The notes: generated by a model not told the origin, from the sequence alone. Shown: positions 45,354 through 55,592, numbered from the stretch's first letter. The stretch: 64,000 bases of DNA from Candidatus Yanofskybacteria bacterium (GCA_020852375.1 JADZAY010000005.1:19814-83813); one strand, 5' to 3'. Numbers and translations: made by a program.

Positions 45354-46271
45354 ATGATCTCATACTGGAAACGGACAACTGAATCGGGGGCCACGGGGCA
45401 GGTGGTGGGACCGGCGACGGACACCTGGGCGTATGTGACCGACCCGACGGATGCGGAGTTGGATGCGCTCGTCGCCGACGGTGTGCTTGAGCGCGACCTC
45501 CTCCAGGATGCCATCGATCCGAACGAGGTGCCGCGCGTTCAGCATGAGCGGGGAGTCACCTATTTTTTCTTGCGCGCGCCGAGTGGACAGGCGGAAGGCA
45601 CACAAACTGTTCCGCTGCTGATCGCGCTCGCCCCAACATTTCTTTTGACGGTATCCCGTGCCCCGTTCACGTGGCTCGAGCGATTCCGTGGCGAGGAGAC
45701 CTACTCGACCGCGTGGCGCAGTCAGCTGGTGTGGCGCATATTCTTGGCGCTTGCCGGTCGCTATCAAACCACGGTGACCGATATCGCGCGACGTGTGCGG
45801 AGCAATGTCGGGGTCAGCCAGTCCATTCACAATGAAGATATCTTCCGCCTCGTCGCATACGAAGGAGTATTGAACGACATGCTCGCTGCGCTGGTCCCGA
45901 CGAGCGCCATTTTGGCCGGGGTTGCGACCGGAAAACACATGAAGATCTACGAAGAAGATAAAGATCTTATGGAAGACGTCGTTCTCAGTGTCGGGCAGGT
46001 CATTGAGGCGGCGAAAGCGCAACTCAAAACGACCGTGAACTACCGAGAGGCGTATTCGGTGATCGCTACGAACAACCTGAACCGGATCATCAAATTCCTG
46101 ACCTTGGTGACGGTCGTACTCACGGTGCCGATGGTGGTCTCGGGGCTCTATGGCATGAATGTCCGATTGCCGCTCGGCGACCATCCCTACGCGTTCGGAT
46201 TTATTGTGACGGGTACGATCGCGGTGGTCATCGGACTGCTCCGTGTGCTATCGGCAAAGCGCCTCCTATGA
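45354..46271 (+). CDS. corA: CorA-family magnesium/cobalt transporter
   Basis: Two C-terminal TM helices with the signature YGMNV (GMN motif); 305 aa. Confidence 0.8.
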   Translation: MISYWKRTTESGATGQVVGPATDTWAYVTDPTDAELDALVADGVLERDLLQDAIDPNEVPRVQHERGVTYFFLRAPSGQAEGTQTVPLLIALAPTFLLTVSRAPFTWLERFRGEETYSTAWRSQLVWRIFLALAGRYQTTVTDIARRVRSNVGVSQSIHNEDIFRLVAYEGVLNDMLAALVPTSAILAGVATGKHMKIYEEDKDLMEDVVLSVGQVIEAAKAQLKTTVNYREAYSVIATNNLNRIIKFLTLVTVVLTVPMVVSGLYGMNVRLPLGDHPYAFGFIVTGTIAVVIGLLRVLSAKRLL

Positions 46272-48244
46272 CCTCATTCCTTCCTTCGTGGACAACCGGA
46301 CCAGCCACTGCGGTCGACGCCGCAATCACTGATGCGCTCGCGCGGAAGCGTGCGATGCTCGACGCGATCAGTGCGGTTCCCGATGACGCTCGTACATTCC
46401 GCAACACGATCGCGGCCCTCGAGTATGCGAACGACGAGCTGAACGATACCACGCAGTGGTGCGATCTTCTTGCGAGCGTACATCCCGACGCAGATCTCCG
46501 GAAAACATACCAACGCGCCGGCGAGCGCGCCTCCGAGGAGTCGATCGAAATGGATGCAGATCCGCGTCTGTGGAGTGCGGTTTGTGCGTGGCGGCAGCGC
46601 GGCGAAGCGCTTGAGCCGGCCGATCAAAAACTCGCCGATGATACGATCCGCGCGATGCGGCGCACGGGGTTCGAGCTCCCCCCCGAAGCGTTCCAGCACT
46701 TGAAGCGGAATCGGATTGAGTTGGCGAATCTCGAGCAAGCGTTCGAGCTGGCGATCAATGACTGGGAGGATGGCATCGAGGTGGCCCATGAGCAACTTGC
46801 TGGGTTGCCCCAGCGCTACATCAATGGTCTTATGCGGACCGATGACGGACGATACCGGATCACCTTGGCGTATCCGGACCTTCTGCCGTTTATGCGCCAC
46901 GCACACGACGATGCTGTTCGCCGCGAGCTGGCTCGCAAGAACTTGCAGAAAGGCGGGAAGGAGAACCTTGAACGACTTGCGCGGATGATCGCTCTCCGAC
47001 AAGAGAATGCGCGCCTGCTCGGGTACGCATCGCATGCCGATTACCAGGCGGAGATCCGTATGGCGAAAACCGGGCGAGCCATTGATGAATTCCTGCGCGA
47101 TCTGATCGTGAAACTCAGGCCAGAAGCCCAGAAGGAGCTGCGCGATTGTATCGCCCTCAAACGGCGCGTGCTTCAACTGGAGAAGCCGGCGCCGATCCAT
47201 TTTCATGAACTTTCCTACTGGAGCGAGCGGCTGCTCCATGAGCGGCATGCGATCGACAGCGAACAGGTGAAGGAATATTTCCCGCTTTCTCGCGTCCTCG
47301 ACGGCATGCTCGGTATCTTTCAGGAATTGCTGGGACTTTCGTTCGTGAAAGTTTCCGATGCTACTCTCTGGCATTCCGATGTCGAGCTGTACGAGGTACG
47401 GCAGGGCGATGTGATACGTGGACGCTTCGCATTGGATCTGTACCCGCGGGCGGGGAAGTACGGACATGCCGCGTCATTTTCGCCGGTGCTTGGGAGGGTA
47501 AGCGAATCAGGCGAGGCGATCCCGGGCTTTTTTGCCCTGGTTTGCAACTTTGCGCGTCCGACCGCCGAACATCCATCACTGCTTACGCATGATGAGGTGG
47601 AGACGCTATTCCATGAATTCGGGCACGTTGTCCACGGAATCGTTTCCGGAGGGCGATGGCAAGCACAGAACGGGCTCTACACCGCATTTGATTTTGTGGA
47701 AGCCCCCAGCCAGATCATGGAGGAGTGGCCGTGGCATCCGGCGGTGTTGGCTCGCATCAGCGGTCATGTATCGAGCGGCGAACCGATCCCTGCCGACATG
47801 CGCGAGCGTATGCTTGCCGCACGCCACCATCTGCGCGCCATCAGCTACCTGACCCAGGCAGTGCACGCATTCTACGATCTTTCCATTCACGCACGACCGA
47901 CCGACGCGCCGGTTGATGCTCCGACGCTGGCGCAAGCCTATCGCGATATGAAGCTGGAGTATGAATCGTTCGATCTCCCGGAAGATTCTCTGTTTCCTGC
48001 CGGGTGGGGTCATATGGCGGACTACGATGCCGGGTACTACGGGTACCTGTGGAGCAAGGTGTATGCGCTCGACCTCTACAGCCGTTTTGCGAATGATCCG
48101 TTCGACGCAACGGTGGGGTCCGCGTATCGCGATCGGGTGCTCGCTCCCGGAGCTTCGATCGACGAGCGTGACGGGGTCGTCGCATTCCTTGGACGCGAAC
48201 CGTCGCATGCGGCATTTTTGGAAATGCTTGGTATACTCACCTGA
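46268..48244 (+). CDS. M3-family zinc metallopeptidase (oligopeptidase A / peptidyl-dipeptidase Dcp-like)
   Basis: HEFGH zinc motif (LFHEFGHVVHG) with a downstream E; 658 aa. The ATG overlaps the corA stop. Confidence 0.8.
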   Translation: MTSFLPSWTTGPATAVDAAITDALARKRAMLDAISAVPDDARTFRNTIAALEYANDELNDTTQWCDLLASVHPDADLRKTYQRAGERASEESIEMDADPRLWSAVCAWRQRGEALEPADQKLADDTIRAMRRTGFELPPEAFQHLKRNRIELANLEQAFELAINDWEDGIEVAHEQLAGLPQRYINGLMRTDDGRYRITLAYPDLLPFMRHAHDDAVRRELARKNLQKGGKENLERLARMIALRQENARLLGYASHADYQAEIRMAKTGRAIDEFLRDLIVKLRPEAQKELRDCIALKRRVLQLEKPAPIHFHELSYWSERLLHERHAIDSEQVKEYFPLSRVLDGMLGIFQELLGLSFVKVSDATLWHSDVELYEVRQGDVIRGRFALDLYPRAGKYGHAASFSPVLGRVSESGEAIPGFFALVCNFARPTAEHPSLLTHDEVETLFHEFGHVVHGIVSGGRWQAQNGLYTAFDFVEAPSQIMEEWPWHPAVLARISGHVSSGEPIPADMRERMLAARHHLRAISYLTQAVHAFYDLSIHARPTDAPVDAPTLAQAYRDMKLEYESFDLPEDSLFPAGWGHMADYDAGYYGYLWSKVYALDLYSRFANDPFDATVGSAYRDRVLAPGASIDERDGVVAFLGREPSHAAFLEMLGILT

Positions 48245-48249
48245 TCACT

Positions 48250-49101
48250 ATGTATCTCGTCGGCAACGCACCATTTCCCGATTTCGAACTCATCGACTCC
48301 GGCGAAGGCTATCGCCTGGAGCGGTGGGGCACCTATACGCTCGCGCGCCCCGATCCCCAGACGATCTGGAAGCGGAGTGCGGATGAAGCCGAGTGGCAAC
48401 GGGCGAACGCCATCTTTCGCGGCGACCAGTGGGAGATGCGCGGCGAAATGCCAGAACACTGGGATATGTCATTTGGCGACATGAAGCTGCGCGTCCGCCC
48501 GATGAACTTCAAGCATACGGGCGTATTCCCGGAGCAAGCGGAAAACTGGAAATGGATGGAAGCACGACTCAGCGGGCTCACGCGGCCGAATGTGATGAAC
48601 CTGTTCGCTTATACCGGCGCCGCGAGCGTATGGCTGACGCGCCGCGGTGCGTTCGTGACTCATGTCGACGCTTCACGCCCCGCGATCGGGTGGGCGAAAG
48701 ATAATCAGGAGCTCAACGGCCTCGCACCGGATTCGATTCGGTGGATGCTCGAAGACGCCGCGGTATTTGCTAAGAAGGAGGCGAAGCGGGGAGCTCAGTA
48801 CGAGGGAATCGTGATGGACCCGCCCGCGTTCGGTCACGGCCCCACCGGGAAGGTGTGGAAGTTCAATGAGCATATGCCCGCCCTCATTCGCGACTGCGTC
48901 GCGCTCCTTTCGCCAGACGCTCGGTTCCTGCTCATCAATGCCTACGCGACGAACACCTCCGAGCTTGCACTCAAGAACCTTCTCGAAGACGCCATCGGCG
49001 ACCGCGGCGGAACCATCGAGGCGGGGCAGCTGTGTCTTCAGCAGCGCAACGGACGACTCCTCTCAACGGGCATCTTTGCCCGGTGGTCACGCTCGGAGTA
49101 G
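48250..49101 (+). CDS. class I SAM-dependent RNA methyltransferase (RlmI/RlmK-like)
   Basis: SAM-binding LFAYTGAASV (motif I) and IVMDPPAFG (motif IV DPPxF); 283 aa. Confidence 0.55.
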   Translation: MYLVGNAPFPDFELIDSGEGYRLERWGTYTLARPDPQTIWKRSADEAEWQRANAIFRGDQWEMRGEMPEHWDMSFGDMKLRVRPMNFKHTGVFPEQAENWKWMEARLSGLTRPNVMNLFAYTGAASVWLTRRGAFVTHVDASRPAIGWAKDNQELNGLAPDSIRWMLEDAAVFAKKEAKRGAQYEGIVMDPPAFGHGPTGKVWKFNEHMPALIRDCVALLSPDARFLLINAYATNTSELALKNLLEDAIGDRGGTIEAGQLCLQQRNGRLLSTGIFARWSRSE

Positions 49102-49284
49102 CCTGGACGAAAGGCTATTCATATTGTATTGTATCCCCACGCCCGCACACTGTGTGCGGAAGCGTGTGTGCCCTAATCCGGCATGCGTTGTTTGAAAACC
49201 CCTGGCAGCCGTCGGGAGCATCTACTCGGCCGCTGTCACCCGCTTCGCTCGTGTCGCACGGACGGAGCCGGAAAGGAAATTGCG

Positions 49285-50157
49285 ATGATTGGCTTTGGTG
49301 GTACCGTCGGACCTAGCCCTAAAGACGTCAAACCGATTCGTCTCCACTGGGCAGTCATACTCATGGCGTCCGTCTGCGGTGGACTCCTCTTTGCAGTCCA
49401 CAAGAGTGCGCTAAACGACAACGAGAAGTTCTTCCTGGGATTGCTCGGGGGTGCTGCTCTTGTGTTCTGCATCCTTGTGCTCGGCGGCCCAAAGAAGCTC
49501 TTCATGGACTGGTTCGATCGCAACTTCTGGGGCTACTACTGGGTGTTGCGGAGAACGGGGCAGAACGCGCTGACGGGTGAGTTCGTAAACGACCGTCACC
49601 TGAATCTGTTCACGCGTGATGAGTGGACACTCCACATTCCCGTTGGCGGCTGGTTCAACCGCCCGTTCTTCCGCCATGACGGGAGTAGTTCTTCCTCCTC
49701 CTTTCGTATCACCCGTGTTCGCTGGGATTCCGTGGGACAGGTGGAGAGCATCACGGTGCAGGATCGCATGGGTAATCGCTTGACCCATCATCCTGCTTGG
49801 TTTCTCGAGCGGCTTTCCGGGCTTCTTCGCACCGATTTTTCCATCGGCACCTACGATTCGGTGAGCCGGCTCGCGATGGTGGACGCGAACCGCTTGATGA
49901 GTGAAAAGAGGGCGGTTGCGGAAGAGCTCGATGCGGTGAAGGCGAAGTGGAAGTGCGTGAGCGACGTGGTCTGCGCCCAGATCCGTGTCATGGAGGGATG
50001 GCTACATGTCATCGACTCGGGTACGCGACTCCGCACGACACGGGAGGGCAGTAAGATGCGACACCTCATCGGTTATGAGGTGTCGTTCATCAAGCACTCC
50101 ACCGCGCAGGCGCTCCATCCCGAGAGTCTGACGAAGCACGAGAATTCTGCTGCCTGA
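49285..50157 (+). CDS. membrane-anchored hypothetical protein (2 N-terminal TM helices)
   Basis: GAAAGGAAA RBS, ATG at 49285; 290 aa. Terminator at 50158-50198. Confidence 0.45.
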   Translation: MIGFGGTVGPSPKDVKPIRLHWAVILMASVCGGLLFAVHKSALNDNEKFFLGLLGGAALVFCILVLGGPKKLFMDWFDRNFWGYYWVLRRTGQNALTGEFVNDRHLNLFTRDEWTLHIPVGGWFNRPFFRHDGSSSSSSFRITRVRWDSVGQVESITVQDRMGNRLTHHPAWFLERLSGLLRTDFSIGTYDSVSRLAMVDANRLMSEKRAVAEELDAVKAKWKCVSDVVCAQIRVMEGWLHVIDSGTRLRTTREGSKMRHLIGYEVSFIKHSTAQALHPESLTKHENSAA

Positions 50158-50198
50158 CCATCACCCCCGCCTTGCAAAGGGCGGGGGTCTTTTTATAC
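50158..50198 (+). terminator. rho-independent terminator
   Basis: CACCCCCGCCTTGCAAAGGGCGGGGGT followed by CTTTTTAT. Confidence 0.6.
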
Positions 50199-50207
50199 TG
50201 AGGGGGT

Positions 50208-50330
50208 ATGAAGAAATCGTTCCTCATCCTGCTCGGGATCGCGATCGCGCTTGCGCTCGCATTTGTCTACTCTCGCCCCGCGGCGCATGCGCCGACCGGC
50301 GAGTCGCCGACTCCCACGGCGGCGCGCTAG
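50208..50330 (+). CDS. putative 40-aa secreted peptide
   Basis: GAGGGGGT RBS then MKKSFLILLGIAIALALAFVYS (signal-like). Ends 4 nt before the pyrD ATG. Confidence 0.25.
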   Translation: MKKSFLILLGIAIALALAFVYSRPAAHAPTGESPTPTAAR

Positions 50331-50334
50331 CGGT

Positions 50335-51459
50335 ATGCGCGATCCCTTTTCCACGCGCCTGATCGAGGCGTTCTACCGGCGTGCGGCAAAGCCGCTGCTG
50401 TTCCGAGCAGATCCTGAACGGGTGCACGACCGTTTTACGGCGATCGGGAGGGTGCTTGCTTCCATAGAGCTGACGCGGCGTGCGACGCGGGCGCTCTTCC
50501 GTTTCGATGATCCGGTGCTCGAGACCGTCGTTGCCGGCATCCGCTTTGCAAATCCCGTCGGGCTCGCCGCGGGATTCGATAAGAACGCCCAGCTGTGGAA
50601 TATTCTCCCGGATGTCGGATTCGGGTTCGCCGAGTTCGGGAGTATTACCGGAAGGCCGTGTGCGGGAAATCCGAAACCACGGTTGTGGCGTATGCCCGAG
50701 CACGAAGCATTGCAGGTGTACTACGGCCTCAAGAACGACGGCGCAGCAGTGATCGCCGCGCGGCTTCATGGAGTACATCCCCGCATGCCGATCGGTGTGA
50801 GCGCCGCAAAAACGAACAGTCCGGAGACTGCGGAGCCGGATGCGGCGATTGCCGACTATCGCGCAGTGCTCGACGCGTTTCGGGATATCGCTGACTACTA
50901 CACTGTGAACATTAGTTGTCCGAATGCGTACGGCGGTCAGCCGTTCACCGATCCGGCGTTATTGGATCGGCTCATGTCAGCTGTTGATACGGGGTCGTAT
51001 CTGCAGCCGATCTTTGTAAAGCTCTCGCCCGATCTCGATGATGCTCAGCAGGATGCCATTCTCGAAGTGCTCGACGGGCACCGGGTGCACGGAATCGTGT
51101 GCACGAACCTCACGAAGGATCCCCGCAGTGCCGGAATCGCGCCCGAACGGGTTCCCGGGCGGGGAGGAATCTCTGGACGAGCGGTGCAGGCGGCGTCCGA
51201 GCACCAGCTCTCACGGATATGGCAGCGCACGCACGGGAAGTATGTGCTTGTCGGCGTTGGCGGCGTGTTTACCGCCGAAGATGCGTACCGAAAGATCCGT
51301 CTGGGCGCATCGCTGGTTCAGCTTATTACGGGTATGGTCTATCGCGGTCCACAGGTGATCGGGCAGATCAACCGGGGACTCGCAGCGCTTCTCCGTCGGG
51401 ACGGGTTTTCGAGCATTACCGAGGCAGTGGGGGTGGGGGTAGGAGAGAAGGGGAGTTGA
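50335..51459 (+). CDS. pyrD: dihydroorotate dehydrogenase (quinone), class 2
   Basis: N-terminal quinone-site helix segment, FANPVGLAAGFDKN, GFGFAEFGSIT, NISCPNA and a C-terminal FMN-binding GVGGV motif; 374 aa. Confidence 0.85.
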   Translation: MRDPFSTRLIEAFYRRAAKPLLFRADPERVHDRFTAIGRVLASIELTRRATRALFRFDDPVLETVVAGIRFANPVGLAAGFDKNAQLWNILPDVGFGFAEFGSITGRPCAGNPKPRLWRMPEHEALQVYYGLKNDGAAVIAARLHGVHPRMPIGVSAAKTNSPETAEPDAAIADYRAVLDAFRDIADYYTVNISCPNAYGGQPFTDPALLDRLMSAVDTGSYLQPIFVKLSPDLDDAQQDAILEVLDGHRVHGIVCTNLTKDPRSAGIAPERVPGRGGISGRAVQAASEHQLSRIWQRTHGKYVLVGVGGVFTAEDAYRKIRLGASLVQLITGMVYRGPQVIGQINRGLAALLRRDGFSSITEAVGVGVGEKGS

Positions 51460-51584
51460 GCGGGTATCGCCCTCATGTCGGAGCGAGTCCGTCGACTCAC
51501 TCCGCACTCGGGACCCCGCCTCCGGGCGACGCCTGCAGGCGTCGCTTCCGTCCGGCGGATCGATGCCCGCTCATGACCTCACGA

Positions 51585-51618
51585 TACAGAAGCGCCCCCA
51601 GCAGGTGGGGGCGCTTCT
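51585..51618. terminator. bidirectional rho-independent terminator
   Basis: CAGAAGCGCCCCCAGCAGGTGGGGGCGCTTCTG flanked by A/T runs. It serves pyrD on the + strand and tRNA-His on the - strand. Confidence 0.55.
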
Positions 51619-51625
51619 GTATATG

Positions 51626-51697
51626 GGGACCTAGCGGGTATCGATCCCGCGACCGCGCTTCCACAGAGCGCTGTGATACCATTTCACCATAGGTCCC
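51626..51697 (-). tRNA. tRNA-His(GTG) with genomically encoded G-1
   Basis: The reverse complement reads G-GGGACCTATGGTGAAATGGTATCACAGCGCTCTGTGGAAGCGCGGTCGCGGGATCGATACCCGCTAGGTCCC-C. The anticodon loop CUGUGGA gives GUG. An extra 5' G pairs with discriminator C73. Confidence 0.75.
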
Positions 51698-51762
51698 ATA
51701 TCAACGAGGCAGCTTGCAGGACGGGAGGAATTATACCAGAATTCCTGTGTTCACGCAATTTT

Positions 51763-52344
51763 ATGCTGCTCACGACGATCATGCTATCCTGGGCTGCTGC
51801 TGTGCTTTCGCAGTTTGAAGGGCACACCTGGTACGACGTGGTTTCGTACGGGCTTGCTGTTCCGCTGCTCGCGCTGGTCCCCGGTGCTGCCTATCGGCGA
51901 ACAATACATCTCGCTCCCCGATGGAGGGAGATCATGGATCGCCTCGCATTTGCGCTCCTGGTGATCACCGCGCCCGCGACCGTGAAGCTGCATGCGATGG
52001 GATTTCAGTATGACCGCTTCCTTCATTTTGCCGCAGCAGCGCTTTCGCTCGGAGTTGTTGTATGCGGCGTTGCGGCGTTTCGTCCGGTGATGCTCCGGCG
52101 CGGTGCCCGTGTGATCGCGCTCGCAGCGAGCATTCTGTTCGTCGGGCTGTTCGTTTGGGAGGGGCATCAGTACACCGCCGACCGTCTCTTCGGGACGCAG
52201 TTATTCCACGATGCGAACCAATCCATCGTTCGCGATTTCTGGGAGGACATCGGATTTGGTATACTTGGCATTGTCACGGGGAGTGCGATCCTGGCCCGAT
52301 ATCGGAACCGCTTCCCGGAGCTGATCCGCGTATCATCGCAATGA
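51763..52344 (+). CDS. integral membrane protein (about 6 TM helices), hypothetical
   Basis: 193 aa from the ATG at 51763; hydrophobic. Confidence 0.45.
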   Translation: MLLTTIMLSWAAAVLSQFEGHTWYDVVSYGLAVPLLALVPGAAYRRTIHLAPRWREIMDRLAFALLVITAPATVKLHAMGFQYDRFLHFAAAALSLGVVVCGVAAFRPVMLRRGARVIALAASILFVGLFVWEGHQYTADRLFGTQLFHDANQSIVRDFWEDIGFGILGIVTGSAILARYRNRFPELIRVSSQ

Positions 52345-52805
52345 CTGCTAACCTTTTCAAAACAGCGCTCATCGGGGGTGTCGTGCTGGTTGCCATTATC
52401 GCGGGAGCGTGGTACTTTATCGCACCTCCCGATGCCGCTCCGATCGCTCTGAGCGGATACATTGAAGGAACGACCGGGTACCCGAGCGAGTTCAATCCGG
52501 CTCAGGTCGTGTGTGCAGAATCGACCACCGATGTCGCGCTCAAGCGGTGCGTCGAAGCGCCGGAGCAGGAAGGTGGGGTCGCTCCCGCGTTTCGCATCAA
52601 GGTCCCCGCGGGAACGTACCGCGTCTACGCGACGCTCAAGGACCCGTCCGATCTCGGGCTTTCCGAGAGCGGAAAGGCGTACTGGAGCGCGTTTGTGACA
52701 TGCGGATTCCTTGCGTCGTGTAAAGACCACACGCCGCTGGAGGTTGTTGTTCATTCGGGCGCTACCGCGTCGGGCATTCTCCCGCACGATTGGTACGTCC
52801 GCTAG
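52341..52805 (+). CDS. membrane-anchored exported hypothetical protein
   Basis: ATGA overlap with the upstream gene; N-terminal TM helix; 154 aa. Confidence 0.45.
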   Translation: MTANLFKTALIGGVVLVAIIAGAWYFIAPPDAAPIALSGYIEGTTGYPSEFNPAQVVCAESTTDVALKRCVEAPEQEGGVAPAFRIKVPAGTYRVYATLKDPSDLGLSESGKAYWSAFVTCGFLASCKDHTPLEVVVHSGATASGILPHDWYVR

Positions 52806-52810
52806 TGCGT

Positions 52811-52942
52811 ATGTTCAAAGATCTCTCTGACGACGAAAAAAAATTCGTGTGGTTCTGGATGTTCGTCTTCGGATCAGCCGTCGGATTTTGGGTCGTATTC
52901 GTCCGCTGGGCGTGGCATGCGGCCCAGGCCTACTTGGCCTAA
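52811..52942 (+). CDS. putative 43-aa single-TM peptide
   Basis: MFKDLSDDEKKFVWFWMFVFGSAVGFWVVFVRWAWHAAQAYLA. Starts 6 nt after the upstream stop. A terminator (52952-52988) follows. Confidence 0.25.
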   Translation: MFKDLSDDEKKFVWFWMFVFGSAVGFWVVFVRWAWHAAQAYLA

Positions 52943-52987
52943 TATTATAGAAAGACCCCCGCACATGAGTGCGGGGGGGGGGATGAC

Positions 52988-53386
52988 CTACGCTTCGGTG
53001 TAGAACGGGGTCACGGTGTGGGCGCTGCCGCTCTGTGCCTCGGTCTCCTCCTGGCACGCCAGGCAGCGGGTCGCGAGCGGGTTCGCCTTGAGACGCCTGT
53101 GGGGGATCGGCTTCCGACAGTCGAAGCAGATGCCATACATCCCCGCGGCGAGGCGCTTGAGCGCGATGTCCACCGACCGAATGAGTCGCTGGTCCGCGTC
53201 GAGCTGCCCCGCCGAGACCGTCGCAGCGACTTCGCGGTCGATATCCTCGAGCGCGTCACCGATGTTTCGGCGAGACACTTCTTCCGCGAGGCTGTCGCGA
53301 GTCGCTCGGTAGCGATGAAGCGCTTCGTCGCGAACCTTCTCGAGCTGCCGGCGGACGCTCTTCTCGTTGATGTGCGTCATGCGCAC
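52988..53386 (-). CDS. dksA: DksA/TraR-family C4 zinc-finger transcription factor
   Basis: C-terminal CFDCRKPIPHRRLKANPLATRCLACQ (C4 finger) and an N-terminal coiled coil with acidic tip-like residues; 132 aa. Confidence 0.7.
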   Translation of the reverse strand: MRMTHINEKSVRRQLEKVRDEALHRYRATRDSLAEEVSRRNIGDALEDIDREVAATVSAGQLDADQRLIRSVDIALKRLAAGMYGICFDCRKPIPHRRLKANPLATRCLACQEETEAQSGSAHTVTPFYTEA

Positions 53387-53465
53387 CTCCTAGAAAGATA
53401 ATATCACATATTCATATACCGGTCAATATCTCCGAATCTTCAAATTTGTCGGATATCCGATATAC

Positions 53466-55235
53466 TTGCACCACATGACGCACCAAGAGCTTCGCGAACG
53501 ATATCTTGCTTTCTTCCGTTCCAAAGGACATGCGGGCATTCCGTCTGCCCCGGTTGTGCCGCTCAACGACCCGACGGTGCTGTTCACCACGGCCGGCATG
53601 CATCCGCTGGTTCCGTATCTGTTGGGCGAGCCGCATCCGGCGGGCACCCGCATCACCGATGTGCAGAAGTGCATCCGCACCGGTGATATCGACGAAGTCG
53701 GGGACGATACGCACCTGACCTTCTTCGAGATGCTTGGCAACTGGTCGCTGGGCGACTACTTCAAACGCGAGGCGATCTCGTGGAGTTTTGAGTTTTTAAC
53801 CTCGCCCGAATGGCTCGGTATCCCGCTCGAGCGGCTGGCGTTCACGTGCTTCGCTGGCGATGAGCATGCGCCAAAAGACGAGGAGGCGGCGGACATCTGG
53901 CGTTCGCTGGGCGTTCCGGATGCGCGCATCGCGTTCTTAGGGCGCGAGAATAACTGGTGGGGACCTGCCGGCACGACCGGGCCCTGTGGTCCTGACACTG
54001 AGATGTTCTACTGGATCGATAGTGCCGTGCCGGCGCCGGAGCGCTTTGATCCGTCCGATGCGCGGTGGGTGGAGATCTGGAACGATGTGTTCATGCAGTA
54101 CCGGAAAACGGAATCGGGCGCCTACGAAAAACTCGCAAAACCCAATGTCGATACTGGCATGGGACTGGAGCGCACTCTGACCGTCCTGAATAATAAGCGT
54201 TCGGTGTATGAGACCGAGTTATTCGTGCCGCTCCTCGCCGCGCTTCGCGAGCAAGCGACTCTCGAGCACCCGCACCGGGAGCGTTTCCTGCGCATCATCG
54301 CCGACCATATGCGCGCGGCGGCATTTATGATTGCCGACGGCGTTGAGCCGTCGAATAAGGATCGCGGTTATGTGCTTCGTCGTCTTTTGCGGCGGTCGAT
54401 GGTGTATGCGCGTCAGCTCGGCATGCATGAGCGATGGTGGCAGTCACTTTTGGATGCTTTGCGCGCTGTACTCGGGCAGGTATATCCCGAACTGGTTGCA
54501 ACCACAGATGCTGCTGATCGTGTCATTACCGCGGAGGACGAGAAATTCGGCAAAACACTGGACAAGGGCCTCCGTGAGTTCGAGAAGCTGGAGGTTGTCG
54601 ATGGCGAGGCCGCATTCAACTTGTACCAAACCTACGGGTTCCCGTGGGAGCTTACCTACGAGCTTGCCGCGGCAAAGGGGCTGCATCCCGATCGACACGC
54701 GTTCGAGCTTGCGTTCACGAAGCATAAAGACCTCTCGCGCACTGCATCGGCTGGCACGTTCAAGGGCGGCTTGGCGGACCACTCGGAGGTCGTGGTGCGT
54801 TACCACACCGCTACCCATCTCATGCATCAGGCGCTCCGCACGGTGCTTGGAGAGCACGTGCTCCAAAAAGGGAGCAACATCAACGCCGAGCGCACGCGGT
54901 TCGACTTTTCGCACCCGCAGAAGGTGACATCCGAAGAACTGCGTCGCGTAGAGGAGCTCGTAAATGGATGGATTCAGCGCGATCTGCCGGTCACGCGGGA
55001 GATGATGCCGCAGGAGAAAGCGCGAGAACTTGGCGCGCTGGGCGCGTTTGGCGAAAAGTACGGCGACATCGTGTCGGTTTATACCGTGGAAGATCCTGCG
55101 GCACACAAGGTGGTCAGCCGTGAGTTCTGCGGCGGTCCCCATGTTGAGCGCACCGGCATGATCGGACATTTTCGCATCCTCAAAGAGGAGGCGGTCTCGA
55201 CGGGCATTCGCCGCATCAAGGCGGTACTAGAGTAG
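53466..55235 (+). CDS. alaS: alanine--tRNA ligase, short form lacking the C-terminal C-Ala/oligomerisation domain
   Basis: Class II catalytic motifs (FTTAGMHPLVPY, WSLGDYFK), tRNA-recognition middle domain and editing domain with HxxxH (HTATHLMHQALR) ... SHPQK; only 589 aa. Confidence 0.85.
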   Translation: MHHMTHQELRERYLAFFRSKGHAGIPSAPVVPLNDPTVLFTTAGMHPLVPYLLGEPHPAGTRITDVQKCIRTGDIDEVGDDTHLTFFEMLGNWSLGDYFKREAISWSFEFLTSPEWLGIPLERLAFTCFAGDEHAPKDEEAADIWRSLGVPDARIAFLGRENNWWGPAGTTGPCGPDTEMFYWIDSAVPAPERFDPSDARWVEIWNDVFMQYRKTESGAYEKLAKPNVDTGMGLERTLTVLNNKRSVYETELFVPLLAALREQATLEHPHRERFLRIIADHMRAAAFMIADGVEPSNKDRGYVLRRLLRRSMVYARQLGMHERWWQSLLDALRAVLGQVYPELVATTDAADRVITAEDEKFGKTLDKGLREFEKLEVVDGEAAFNLYQTYGFPWELTYELAAAKGLHPDRHAFELAFTKHKDLSRTASAGTFKGGLADHSEVVVRYHTATHLMHQALRTVLGEHVLQKGSNINAERTRFDFSHPQKVTSEELRRVEELVNGWIQRDLPVTREMMPQEKARELGALGAFGEKYGDIVSVYTVEDPAAHKVVSREFCGGPHVERTGMIGHFRILKEEAVSTGIRRIKAVLE

Positions 55236-55274
55236 CTTGACACGATTCTATTTTCTGGTACGGTCCTTTCGGAG

Positions 55275-55592
55275 GTGGGTACGATGCTGAAGGTTGCTGA
55301 ATTTGCCATCGCAGCCGTTGTGATGACCGCCGGAGTGTTGCTGGGTTGGTACGGGACGATGCTGACGCTTGGTCTCACGGCCATCACGGCACTCCTTTCC
55401 GTTGCTGTGTTGGAGGTGATGCGAGGTGTCGCCGGGTCGGAGGGAGACGCGATGATGTTCGGCCCGCTGGTCGACCTCATCTCGTTCGTCTCGCTCGTGC
55501 TCACCCTGGTCGCCCTTGTCGCATGGGTGACCGCGGGACTCCGGTTCTTGTTCGTGATCTCGCGTCCGGTGGGCACATTCTTCCGGTCCTGA
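55275..55592 (+). CDS. small 3-TM membrane protein
   Basis: 105 aa; GGAGGTGGGTACG RBS. Confidence 0.35.
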   Translation: MGTMLKVAEFAIAAVVMTAGVLLGWYGTMLTLGLTAITALLSVAVLEVMRGVAGSEGDAMMFGPLVDLISFVSLVLTLVALVAWVTAGLRFLFVISRPVGTFFRS

